Positions 13,735-36,907 of a DNA stretch of 64,000 nucleotides are shown in pieces. Where the stretch lies: the NCBI RefSeq assembly GCF_003704095.1, contig NW_020844262.1:310001-374000 (forward strand). Reading direction: 5' to 3'. Each line of letters starts with the position of its first letter. The first letter of the stretch is position 1. The stretch comes from Pocillopora damicornis (taxonomy: Eukaryota). A program made the position numbers and the translations under genes. Under the pieces are notes generated by a model. The model did not search any database. It was not told the DNA's origin and was given only the letters and a program-made list of their open reading frames with translations.

Positions 13735-16525
13735 ATGGCGGATTTAGACGAAAGTGCGCAAGATAGCTTGCTTGACGCAGCTCTTCATACATCAAAAGAC
13801 GACGATGCTGTTTTAGGAGATATTTCTGGAGTGGATCCTACAGTAGACGACTCATTGGAAGATCCGGTAACCTTGAAGTTTGCATAGCATGGTGTTGCTT
13901 ACGATATCTTCTATTCAATGAGCTTAAAGGGTCGCCGCCATTTTTTGGTTATAACTTCTGAGCGTTGTTTTCTTTGTTACTTGTGAGTCGACAGTGTCCA
14001 TCGGTAACAAACTGAGCTATGTAATTTTATTGTCTATTCAAGTTTTAGAGAAACTTACCCACTTAGCCCAAGAAGAGCTCTAAATTACCTTTAAGACGAA
14101 TTTATTTGTTACTTCAGTTTGTCGTTTTTTAGTGTGCACTTGACCTGAGGTCCAACCTCACGCGTTAACAATCTCTTGTGTTTGCTGCAAATATAGCTTT
14201 AAGAATTTCCTAGGACCACATCAGTTTGAAGAGAGGAAAAGGAAATAGTTTTCAGAGAGCAAATCTCAAGGAAAACTGTAAGCTTTGATTTTAGGAACAT
14301 TTAGGGAATATCATTCAGGGAGTATTTTTGTTTAGAAAAGATTTAGCTTGGGCACATTCAGTCTTGTGAAGTGTTTACACCAATCACCCTCAAGCAAAAA
14401 TATTTAATGGACTAATGAAACCAACATCTCTCTTTGTAAGCTTTGTTAACTGTTTTAGAATATATACTGGGTAGTTTTAGTTCCTCGAGTTATTTTACAA
14501 ATTATCTGTGGTGGTACATTGAAGGAACTTGAAGCCATTAAAGCAAGAGTTAAAGAAATGGAAGAAGAAGCAGAAAAGTTAAAAGAGATGCAGAAACAAG
14601 TTGAAGAATCCATAATGAGTCCCACAGTTGGACAATCAACATGTAAGATTCAGTTAGATTTTAGTTTCCCTCCTCCCTCCCCCCACTTTCTTAAAACAGG
14701 TATGAGTGGGTATGAATGTTTAATTGGAAGAACTTTAAAGGTTGTTCATAGTGTCCTTGAAGATTGTTATCAAGTAAGAGTTCTCTGCTACAATGAGCGG
14801 AACCTTTTAAGTCCAATTAGAATTGGAAAGATGGTTAATTTTGAGCTGATATTTCTCTAACTCAGTGTTATGGGTCCTACTCAGCTGCATTCATACTGCA
14901 TTTTCCTTATCTGCTTTTTGTGTCCTCTTTCCTTCTTTAATTAATGGTTGTCTCTTTTTTTGAAGTCCCAAAAACAATTGAAGAAAAAGGTGAAATTGAC
15001 GCAAGATCAGTTTATGTGGGGAATGTAAGTAAAATTATAATAATGTAGAAATTAGAAAGAATTTTTTAACCATGTATTAGCCCTAGCAGAAACCTCATAT
15101 GGCGTAAATTTAATTCAATTTTCCCATGTTAGTCACCAATATGTAACAAAACATCTGTTACCATCAGTTATTGCCTTGTAAGTTTACTGAAACTAGCAAT
15201 GAAGTGTGAGAAGTTTACCAGGACCTTCAGATTTGCTTGTGTTTGTTACCTTTCATCAATGCACCAGTTCTATACCATAAAAAATTTAAATTTTCTCACA
15301 TCAACTTCTTTTATGCTTTTTTAGGTTGATTATTCTGCAACAGCTGAGGAATTAGAGCAGCATTTTCATGGATGTGGCTCTGTTAACAGAGTCACGATTC
15401 TTTGTGACAAATTTACTGGACACCCTAAAGGGTTTGTGATGTCTTTGTGAAAGTGTGTTTTGAACTTTGTGTTCAAATATTGTTAAGCTTGTTAATAAGA
15501 CTAATGTACATAGGTGTAAGAGATTACCTTGCATTTGGAAGCATTACATAAGTATTAATACAACTCTCTGGGGAGGGAAGTCTGTTAAAGGTAACCACCC
15601 CTCCTGCAAGCAATTTTGCTAGTTTCTTAACTTTTCGCATTCGTAGTTTTTGTGTAGAGCAGAACAGAGAGTAAGGTTTTTTGCTCAAGAAGACAGCTTA
15701 ACAATAGGGCCAGGATTTGAGCTTAAGTTTCGGTCAGTGTTCTAACCAAAGGATCTCTGAGTACTAACAGTTGTATAACTTGCTGCTAGGTTTGCATATA
15801 TTGAATTTGCTGACAAGGAAAGTGTTGAAAATGCAGTAACCATGGATGACTCCTTGTTCAAAGGAAGACAGATCAAGGTACATTTTCCAGATACCACCAG
15901 ATTTATAAGTACACCCTTGCTTAGCTGGATAGTTTGATTTTGCTGAAGTGTTAATTTGTTAAAAATTCTTGTCATTTTGTTGTACAAGGTAAATCCTAAA
16001 AGAACAAATCGCCCTGGTATCAGCACAACAGACAGAGGATCATCAAGGGGAAGGGGAAGAGGGCGTGGCTTCAGAGGAGGACTGTACAACCCTTATGCAA
16101 ATTTCATGCCCAGACCAAGGGGTAGAGCTATGTTTAGGTCAGTGATGTTTTCACTTTGGTGCTGGTGCAACCCATTCAATTCCAATAGTGATCAGTGTTA
16201 AAGAACTCCTGGCAATGACAGGGATTACTGCTTAGAAATTAACACCAAGTTCTAAGAAAGCCTAGTAAATAGAAAAGTATAGTGAATGCATGGTGATAAG
16301 TGAGACTGTGTCATTGTAAGTTTAAAGCCATCTTAGAGTATTTAAATGCTGGCTTTATTTAAACCTTGGTGTGATTGTCTTGCCTAAGTAGGAACTTCAT
16401 TTGGACAGGTATATCACATGTAGCTTAAAGCTAGTTTATGAAAATATTCTTTTTTCTCAGAGACATAATTTTTTTTTTCCTTTTATAGGGGCCGTGGAAG
16501 GGCATACTGGTATTCTCCGTATTAA
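13735..16525 (+). CDS. PABPN1: Nuclear poly(A)-binding protein, 7 exons
   Basis: Exons 13735-13866, 14525-14642 ([23 protein letters not shown]), ~14966-15024 (DARSVYVGN), 15325-15431 ([36 protein letters not shown]), 15790-15877 (FAYIEF...FKGRQIK), 15989-16137 ([16 protein letters not shown]), 16489-16525 ([11 protein letters not shown]). Confidence 0.95.
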
Positions 16526-17906
16526 CAACTGTCCAAAGACAACACTCATTCCCACATTATATTTTAAGTGTCTGTTTTTATATGCTTTGAATTGCTCTGT
16601 TTTTGCATATTTTGACAAAGTTCAGGTATTTTTGTCTTCACAGGTTTCTTGGCAATTCTCAAGGGACCACTCTATTTGGTTAAAATGAGAGCCTTGCTCA
16701 GCCTTCTTACCTAATGGATATATTCCAGAGTAGGTATAGTGACTTGGAAAGCTCTTTCAATTAAGACAGACTGTGGTGTAAAAAAAAAAAGTTGAAATAT
16801 AGGAAAGGAAAAAAGTTTTTGAGAACATTAAAGAAAAAACAAAACTTTACTTGAGGTAGAAAAAAAAAAAGACAATGAGTTGTTTAAGACTGAGAAAAGA
16901 AGAATCAAGGAAACAGTGAACAGCTGAGTAACTAGAGAGAGAGAGAGTGAAAAAAATACAGATAGACACTTTTTTATGTTGTTATGATTAGTAAATGTAT
17001 TGGACCAGCATTCAGCCTTATGACAAAAAAATAAAAAAAAAATTTGTAAAAATGTACCTGCAGTGTCTGTTGGTGTTATTGATTATGATATTTAATGCTG
17101 CCAAGCCAGGGTGGGTTTTCATTCCAGCGCATATAATCTACTAACAATTGGTCAATTTTTTTCTGACCATTCTGTAGTTATACTTTTGTTTAGAGAGAGG
17201 CACGGTCAGTCTAGAATAATGCTGCATGAACCCTTCAGATCCTAAGTGACCAGCTTGAAATTTTTCCTTAATGTTATACAGCTGAATGCTTCATTAAGAT
17301 CATGAGGAAAAGATTTGATTGTTAAACAAATTCTCCTTGTAAGTACTAGTGGAAATTTATGCAGAAGATTATGGAGAAAGTGGATTCTGATGTTAGGGTG
17401 TAACAGGCTCACACCTCTAAAACCAAGTGTGGGGCACTGTTTTTTAAAGAAATTGCTTGCTTGATCCTTCCAGATTGTAGACATCTGTGTGCTTTGACCT
17501 ACTCACAAGGGTTTCTACCTGTTTTCCTCATGCATTTTGCATTTATAGCGACTGGAAAATGTCTTTGTTTTCTATAAAATACAATGTATTTTCATAGACC
17601 ATTCCTTAAGTTTGTGGTGGCCTCTCCACATGTTCAACTTTTGCTTAGCAGGCCTGTTTCTTTGAGTTTCTTCTGGTCTGTGTTACAAAATCTACATTAC
17701 AATATAAATTTGAAAATCAACAAGATTGCATTTAGTGATGCCTGGTCAATGTGGCTGTCTGTGATATCCATCATGATTTTTCCAATGAGTCAATTTGTTC
17801 TCAATAGTACCATACTTTCCAATGCCATAACCTGCCTGAAAGCATTCACAAACAGCTACACAGCTAAAGTAATGTAATTGCCAAGTACTGCAACTGATTC
17901 TGTTGA

Positions 17907-20402
17907 TTAATCTTCTTTCATCATTTTTACAATTGCCTCCTCAAAACGCCTGGAGATAAAGTGATAGGTTAAGAGATATGATTGAAGTAATCAACTGACA
18001 AAACTGCATGTACTTTGATAACCTCCAAATAAGTGTATAGAAGTGTAACCCTTGTTACAAAGTGTTGTGAGCTGTCTTCAGATTCCTTTTAAAACTTAAA
18101 AGTAAAATTCTCAACTATGGCAGACTGAGTGTAAGATACATTTGAATATAGCTGCTTCCTTGAAGTTAAAGGCTGTGGCTCATTTAGGCTTACCTTGATG
18201 TTATATTTTCTCCTGGGTTGTAAAAAGGATTGCAGAACATATCTGTATAAGCCACATGAAGTTTGCGAAACATCTGGCGAAAATAGTTATGAAAAAAGAA
18301 AAAAAATCAAGAGATTTACAAAGACTTAAGAAAAATAATGGAAGAGATTGCTTGATTCTTTCTGCCTCTTGATGCCATCATCAAGAGTGCAAGGCGTTAC
18401 AATCGATATGGTTTCATGGAACCTTGAGAGCACACGTTCATTTCCCAAACAAATAAATAACTACAATTTACCACACTGAATGTTTGGGTTTTTACCAGTT
18501 CTTGGCTTAGGTACTGATGCAAAGCTTGATAATGCTTCAGTGTAATGAATGTGTGAACCAAACTACAAATGTGATCAAGGAGCTAGGTGTGATCTCAGGG
18601 ATAAAGTAAAGATACCTAGGGTTGGTTTCTCAAGCTTATTAAGTTAATTTTTGTTTTGTTGTGTTTTGTTTAAGGTCAAGTAACAAAACATTTCTGAAAT
18701 TCAAACTGATGTTAGGGGAAACATATAAGAATGAGTTGGTTTTTCAGCTAATTTAGACCTGCATTTATTATTCCTTAGAATTATATTTTAAAACATTTCT
18801 GCTGGTAGTTAAGTAATGAGGACTTTCAAGTAACAGGGCTTAGGTTAAAAAATGGTGTGAAAAAAAAAATCATACAATGCTGTAACATTTGTAAATTTAA
18901 TAGTAAACCATGGTGAAAAATCTTAATTAAGATATAACTGAACAAGCTTGTAAAATTAAAAAGTTAAAAATTGCTGTAAATTTATAAATTTACATTTATA
19001 AATTTACATTTATAAATTTAATAGTAAACTAAAGTAAGAATCAGATAGAAACATGGTACAGAGTAAATAAGGAAATACACATCAATTTGCAACAGGTATA
19101 ACAGCTTACCGTTCTTATCTCATTGTCTCTTAATGCAGTGTTTGCTGACTCAACTACAATTACAAACTTGATTTTGGAGTTTGTAACATACCCATACCTG
19201 TAACCTTAGTCAAAGATTGTTCAATAAAATATATGTGGAAGTAGCCACCTATATCCAGTAAACTGGAAATCTGCTACACAAGCTAGCACACTTTTTTAAA
19301 AACTTCATGCAGAGATCTACAGACAAAAACTACAAAATGGTCAAACTCTGTAACAAATACAATAAGATAAATAAAAATGAGAAGCATGGCCAAGCTAAAA
19401 CAGAATTGGAGCAGTAACATTGTGGCTAAATTGGGAAACATGTTCCAAAAGGGAAATTTGTGTCCTGGAAGCAAAAATACTTTTGACCCAAGGCAATGGA
19501 ATATTCTTGTTTCAAAGTAGCACAATTTGTTTTTGGAATTAGGTTTCCTACATGGCTATAATGAAAAAAAATTACCTTTTTCCACATTTCTACAACAGAT
19601 CTGAACCATATACATGTGACAAAGTTTAAAAGGATACACTTTATAGTCTTCAGTGGGATATAATAAACCAAGGTAGAGTTCTCGAGGATCATTGGAACTT
19701 TTAGTCAGGGATGACACTAAGAATGCAATATATCAAATACATATCACCTTTGAGAAAGGTTTCTGAGGCTACCCAAGATTAGTCATGAATGATGAATGAC
19801 CCAAATTTAGAAGGACATAGCAAGGAACTGAACAATGAAATAGAGTTGTTAAAAAAATGAGCTTAAAACACAATAACAAGCAAAACATAATCTGAAACTT
19901 GCGGTAGGACTTGACGGTGCAGAATAATTATGGGCAAGAAAATAACCTATTTCCACGAAAGAGATCACAAAATTTCCAAGAATTTTTGAAATACTGGTAT
20001 TAAGTGCGCATGAGAGAAAAAAAAAACAAATGCAAACGGATATAAAAAAAATTCCATAACAGATAATGGCTAACTTATACTTATTAAACCCTAACCCTAA
20101 CCCTAACCCTTACACTTTCTTATAATCAGGCATATTTTATTTTGTACGTCCTAGAGATGTCTTAAAATATACAGTTATCCTTCTAAAATCATCCACCTTT
20201 TTCTTCGACAACATCTAACGAGGTATGAACTGTGTAGTGAAATTTCAACTCCTCTTCCGGAGAGACGGTCCGAAGATACAGTGGATAATTCTGAAATATT
20301 CAATGAACAAAAAAGTATCTGTGAAATAAGCTCAAAATCGTTTCTAAACGCGAAAAATGAAGTGTTTACCTCTTTCCCTATGACAGCGACACAGACCGCC
20401 AT
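17907..20402 (-). CDS. TRAPPC2L: TRAPP complex subunit 2-like, 6 exons, one U12-type intron
   Basis: [11 protein letters not shown]|[31 protein letters not shown]|[27 protein letters not shown]|[29 protein letters not shown]|[27 protein letters not shown]|[13 protein letters not shown]. Confidence 0.95.
19198..19637 (-). other. U12 (minor spliceosome) GT-AG intron in TRAPPC2L
   Basis: 5' splice site GTATCCTTTT. Branch site TCTTTGAC ends 11 nt before the exon (TAAGGTTACAG); no polypyrimidine tract. Confidence 0.85.
20087..20110. repeat. (AACCCT)4 telomere-type hexamer tract in a TRAPPC2L intron
   Basis: aaccctaaccctaaccctaaccct. Confidence 0.8.
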
Positions 20403-20705
20403 CTTGTATTAGTATGTTGTCATGTATGGGGTCATATACTGTACCAACAAGACATCAACCGCAGATAGTAATGATTAGGGGCTCAATATTTCACTCGACA
20501 AAGGCCGAAAGACCATCGACAGTCCCCGATAGAAATTCTTGACCTTCCACGAAAATTCGATGAAAGATCGCCCACATATAGAGCCCAGGCTGTACACAGC
20601 CGGACTGCGAGTAGAAGCTCATGTGATCCAAGTGTAATCTGTGCAGGCAAAGCATAACAGCTAAGGCTGCACGGAAGAGTAGTAGATGATTACATAAGTC
20701 AGAGG
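20403..20705. promoter_or_regulatory. Bidirectional promoter TRAPPC2L/GALNS
   Basis: Divergent ATGs ~300 bp apart. TCATGTGA E-box at 20619-20626; YY1-like CAAGATGGCG spans the TRAPPC2L ATG. Confidence 0.6.
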
Positions 20706-31152
<10,447 letters not shown>

Positions 31153-32699
31153 ATGGAATACTAGTCCTTTTATTTTTTTAGTTGGAATTCATGGAAGACA
31201 TCATATTTACGTATTTTCCTACTTGTCAAATTATGCAAATGAAGAATTACATGGCAGATGATTCTAAAAATTTTCTTCGAAGATGGATATTTTGAATAAT
31301 ACCGGAATGGAAGAATACTTAATGACTCTTGATTCACTGATAGATGTGGGCTCTCATTCCCTCTCCGTCGAGAGCTTCAAGTTTAAAGTAAGCCTAACCC
31401 CTTCCCTCCCACCTTCTGGGCCATTTAGATAGTATTCAGTATATTCGTTATGAACAAGGATTAAGAAGAAAAAGAGAAAATAAAAACGGGTTGAAAACAG
31501 CGAAGGTTCAAAATTTAGATGCGTTTGATAGGGGTGTCTTTTGATAGGTGTGTTTTATGTCCTTTTCTGTAGTGGACACTAAAGACCACTCAGGGTTAGG
31601 ATCCTAACTTGGGCAAGATAAAATGTGTAATCTACTCTCCGCAGAGCTGATTGATAGTTAATTGAATCCAGGGCTCTGAACAAAATTGAAGGCGTTTTAT
31701 AAATATTATCCAGTCTCCCCCCTCTCCCCTCCTGCTAAAACAAAAACAAAAATCGAATACCTTTGGCCAACTCGTGTATAAAGCACTTGATCTAGAGATG
31801 AAACATGGACGTGAACTTGTAATTATTGGTCTTGCAGCAAAGCAAGGTTGCTCTTATCTTAAAAGACAAGCTACCGGAAAATCACGGAGAGGTTTCGACA
31901 ATTATGGTAACCATCCACCTCCGCAGAATGATGAACGCATAGAAAATTTTCAAACATAGCACAGTGTAGTATTCTGCATTTATCGAATTTCCGTTTGCAG
32001 AACTCGTCAAATTTAGACGGTCCAATCCAGTGGATGATACTAAAGACTGGAAATAAACGGCATAATCATAACTTAATCTGTGATCCCACCAGCCACTTGC
32101 TCCTATCTCTCATTCAAACAAATTCCCCAAGACACACCGTCATTTTACTTTTTTAAATTATTTTTTGACGTTATATTAATGTTGTTGATGTTGTTTTTTT
32201 GGTTTTGTTTTAGTTTTACCTAGTTGTCCCAAATTCCCTCGGTTACCTCAAGACTCCCTTTTCTGGGCTCTTAAGACTTTTATTTCCTCCCATTTTCACA
32301 CCCATCCCCCTCTCCTCCGTTAAATTATGAACTTTCGTATACATTACCTTTCCCACAATTCTCCGTCTTTTAGCGAAAGAAACAAGGCTTTTTCACAGCG
32401 ATGCGTCAAAAGAATTCACATTTGAAAACGCCCATATATGAAAGTCTCCATTATTCTGCGATCTGCGGTGTCTTCTTAAAACAACTGATGGAATAATCCA
32501 AAATGTATGAGTTTTCCAATGAAAACGAGGATTCAGCGGGCTGTTGCTCGGCAAACTGATGAAAAGTTATGATCCTAATTTGTGCTGACAAATGAGGACT
32601 AATAAAGCACGGGTGACATACTTATCAGGCCAGCACCCTACCCCTCCCCTCATCATGGCAACATACACGCGCGGTCAACCTGGTAACCAGTGTGTAATG

Positions 32700-32810
32700 T
32701 TTCTACTCCAAATATAGAAAGTGGTTTGAATTTCGACCAATCAGATACTCGCATCAAGCCAACGTCCGAAATTCGAAGTTTTAATCTGGCGTTTAAACTT
32801 TTCGAAGTAG
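32700..32810 (+). promoter_or_regulatory. Putative G2/M promoter of Aurora kinase: four TTYRAA (CHR-type) motifs plus a CCAAT box
   Basis: TTTGAA 32725, CCAAT 32737, TTCGAA 32772, TTTAAA 32792, TTCGAA 32801; ~100-180 bp upstream of the putative ATG|GTAAG at 32903. Confidence 0.5.
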
Positions 32811-32902
32811 GCAGTGTTTCCGTAGAAGGACAAAGACTTATCACATGGAATTGACAGGTTAATCAATTTCTCAGCATAAGAAAAGTTAGATCAACTAGAA
32901 AT

Positions 32903-35900
32903 ATGGTAAGGGTATCCAGAGTTTCACTATGTCAGTGAATGTGTGTCTGATTTAGGAAGCATTCTCCACATAGAGGTATATATGTTCATCGCCGAGGACG
33001 AATTGGTTGTCGTCGACTTTTCTTGTCGAAAGCTTTCGATCATTTTTATGTATTTCAAGTTATGATAACCATGTCCTCTGGATATCACATATTTTGAGTT
33101 TTTTACTCTATTTTTGTGAAACACATGTCATTTATAGGCTGATGTCTTTTAAAGTTTAACGAGGAACGTTTGAAGTGATTACGGAGAACACGCACACGCG
33201 CTCGTGTTATTACTAAAACTTCATTGAAAGGTATCGCTAGATTNNNNNNNNNNNNNNNNNNNNNNNNNNNNNNNNNNNNNNNNNNNNNNNNNNNNNNNNN
33301 NNNNNNNNNNNNNNNNNNNNNNNNNNNNNNNNNNNNNNNNNNNTAGACAATCATTTAAAACTGATGGATCAGAAAATCAGAGCCAAACAGACTTCCCAGT
33401 GACTTCCTTTCGTAAAACCTTATTTTGATTTTAAAGATGAAGATCTGAATCTCACATAAATGAGAAATATCAAGCCAAGAAAAATATATCCATTGAGTAA
33501 TTTCCATCTAAGCACCTGTCTAAAAAGAATGGCAAATGTATATACAATTTTTTCCTTTCTTACCATATGTTTCACATGACAGAATCACCTTTGCATACTT
33601 GAGGTCTTGCTGTGTTCTGCCATACTCTGCAGACTGGTCTATTCATAACAAATGTGCAAGGGTGTTCTTGCATAGTAGACTTGATCCTTGTTTCTGGTAC
33701 TTTCTCGCTAAGGTAAATGCTGCTGAAATTCAGGGGAAATATTTGTATTCCTTTTTCAGCTTACTAACTCACTTCAATCATTTTTCTTTTTCAACTATTT
33801 TCAGGTCTTGTTTAAATCACAGCTAGAGAAAAATAATGTGGAACACCAACTCAGAAGAGAAATTGAAATCCAGTCTCATCTCAGGTGAGCTTTAAGATTT
33901 TGGGCAACTTATGAATACTGATAAAAAGAAATACGTGGATTCAGTCTAAAACATTACATGTTTGACTGGTGGCCATTAATGATAATTTAAAATGGTCACT
34001 GGTTTTCTGAATCAATGGCCTCTTTCTGTTTTAAATTTGAGGTGCTGCCAAGATGTCCAGAATTAAAAATACATGCCATAACTCTTTTTTTCATTTATTT
34101 TTTTTTTGATAGGCATCCCCATATCCTTCGCCTTTTTGGTTATTTCTATGATAAGACAAGAGTATATCTTATCTTAGAGTATGCTCCAAAAGGTGAACTG
34201 TACAAAGAGTTGAGTAGAGTTGAGAGATTTGATGAGAAAACATCCTCAAATGTAAGTATCTCGCACAGTCATTGTAATATCTTAATATGTAACTTGTTTC
34301 CATCATTTCATTTCAACTTACCAACAGGAGTGCTTACACATAGTATTTATCATTCAATCAGCTTGCAATATTGGCTGAGGGCCTTTCCACACTAGCGCAC
34401 AAAACTAAAATTGTCGTGAAAAAATCAAAGGACAATTTTATCTTGACAAATGTTTTTTTTGTTTGTTACGTCCATATTAAAAATTTCAAAGGCATTGCAT
34501 TCTATCAGTGCCTGATCATTTCATAGGGCTGGCCATCATAGTTTGGCCAATTTCCAGGATTTATCCTATCTTAAGTTGTGTTAAAATTTAAGAATCCCTG
34601 AGTTTTGCAACAAAAGAACATTTTTGCCTTTCTTGTAAACTGATTTCAGTTCAATTGCATGCTGGTCATAGCTTTTATGACAACTGAGCAACAAGTTTAT
34701 CATTTATGTTGAGTTTGTTCAGTTTTTACCTTGGACAAACTTTGCCAGTGGTGCACCAAAGATTTGTCAGGTTTGGCCAAAATTATCAAGTCATGACAAA
34801 CACTAGTGCAGAAAGGCCCTAACTCAAACAAAACAGCTAGAAAATAACTCTTGTTTAAAATTTGTTAAGTTTACAATGTGGCAGTTCTTCTACTGAGATA
34901 TAACTACTTAGTACCTTTCTTACATACCTCTTTAGTATATTCGTCAACTAGCACAAGCCTTAAAGTATTGTCACTCAAAGAAAGTCATCCATAGGGACAT
35001 CAAACCAGAAAATCTTCTACTTACTCTCAAGGTAAAAACACAACACTCTTCACTCAATTACTAATTAGATGTGAAATCCTAATTTCAGTTGAGGTTTGCT
35101 AACTTTAACCCCTTAGCTCTCAAAAGTGATCAATATGTAGCCTCTCCCTATAATATTTATACATTATCCAGCAACCAGGTAATGAGAATACTCAAACTTA
35201 TCAGGTAAAAGTTGCTGTCTTGATCTAACACCAAATTCCAGTAACTAATTTACAAGGAAATGTGTAGCAGCTAGAGGGGAGAAATGACTATCAGATTTTG
35301 AGAGTTAAATGGTTGACAGCCTTCTTGGTGCTTCTTTATCACAATTTCATTTTTAATTACAGGGAGATTTGAAAATTGCTGATTTTGGTTGGTCAGTTCA
35401 TGCTCCTTCATCAAGGTAAAAGCAAAAAAGAAAATAACTATTGACTTAATATATACATGTTGTGTTATCCTTTAATGACCTCAGGTGTACTTTAGGCCTT
35501 AGAGGATAAGTCAGTGAGTAAATATTTGCAAGCTAAATGTACTAAATAATGCAACATTATCAAATACCAACATCTTGTTGTTAAGTAACATGTGGCACAT
35601 CCTCATCATTATTATTATAATCACTGAATTTTACTATCATCTTATAACTACTGTAATAATCATAAATAATTTCAGGCGAACAACACTATGTGGAACACTG
35701 GATTATCTCCCACCTGAGATGATTGAAGGAAAAGCACATGATGAGAAGGTAGTTCTTTGGAAACAATTTTGAAATAAATTGCCTAAGATAAAATCAAATC
35801 TTTGTGACAGAAATTTTGGTAAATCATTTGTAGATTACTATGATTCTAAGACCAGCTATTAGTATGTTACATCTAAAATGTAGAACTTTTGGAATTTTCA

Positions 35901-36907
35901 AGTTCACAAGTCAGGGGGCTTGCGGGACTAAGTTTCCTGGTTGAGGAAAAAGGCTGTGCTCGGAAATAAATTACAGCCATCATGCTGACTCAGCATTAGG
36001 GGGATCACTCCAGTAAACAAATAAAGTGTGGCCTTCTGCTTCAAGATATGTACTGCAGTGGTTTACTGAGAATGGCTAATGTGTTACAGGTTGACCTTTG
36101 GAGCCTTGGAGTGCTGTGTTATGAATTTCTTGTTGGAAAGCCTCCCTTTGAAGCTGATGGTCACCATGAAACCTATCGCAGAATTTCAAGGGTAAGAAAG
36201 TAAAGTTTTTATAGAAGCCTCTGTCAAGTTAACAGCTTTCATCATTATCAAGAATTTTATTCAGCTGAATCATTATGTCTACACAGGTTGACCTCAAGTT
36301 TCCAAGTTATGTATCTGAAGGGGCACGAGACCTAATTTCTAAGGTAAGCATAAAGTCACATGTCAATTAAGTGTTTTAAAATGACTGGCAGACACTACAT
36401 GACTAAGTTCTCATGGATCAATAGGTGTGATTAGATGACAGCTTGTCAGCACAGTTGAGACATTTAAGATTTGCATTTGTATAAGGGACTATTTAATCAA
36501 ATTAGGCAATAGTACCTCTCCTGCTAACAAGACCATGTAAACACAGGGAAAAAAAAAGTACATAAATTACTTAATTAACATTGGCTGCCTAATGTGCTGT
36601 TAAAGAAAATATACGGCCATTTTGAGATGTTAAAAAAAAAAAGTGCAATCACTCTTTTATGGTCAAATTAATTTTTGGACTAAGTTTACAAAAAAATTGG
36701 CTCCTCTCATACAGTCTTAAAAATTTTTCAAGAATATTGATTTATTTGTTAACTAGTATCATTATCTTGATTCATCCACAGCTTCTGGTGCATGATCCAA
36801 GCAAACGGCTTCCCCTTGGTGGTGTGCTTGCACATCCTTGGATAAGAAACAATGCACAGGCCCCAGAAATGCAATCTACTTGTAGTTATACAGCAACAAA
36901 GCATTAG
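32903..36907 (+). CDS. AURKA: Aurora kinase (AURKA-like by synteny); N-terminal exons probably lost in N-gap 33244-33342
   Basis: Exons from 33805: [27 protein letters not shown]|[33 protein letters not shown]...|[13 protein letters not shown]|[16 protein letters not shown]|[18 protein letters not shown]|[21 protein letters not shown]...; stop at 36905-36907. The start at 32903 (ATG followed by GTAAG) is inferred; A versus B/C is not resolved by sequence alone. Confidence 0.88.
34379..34819. mobile_element. PIF/Harbinger-like MITE in an Aurora intron
   Basis: TIR GGGCCTTTCCACACTAG / CTAGTGCAGAAAGGCCC, flanked by 3-bp TGA/TAA. Confidence 0.65.

Noticed and set aside
20087-20110. Interstitial telomere or chromosome-fusion scar
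   Set aside because: Only four units and no head-to-head array; more likely a microsatellite or repeat remnant.
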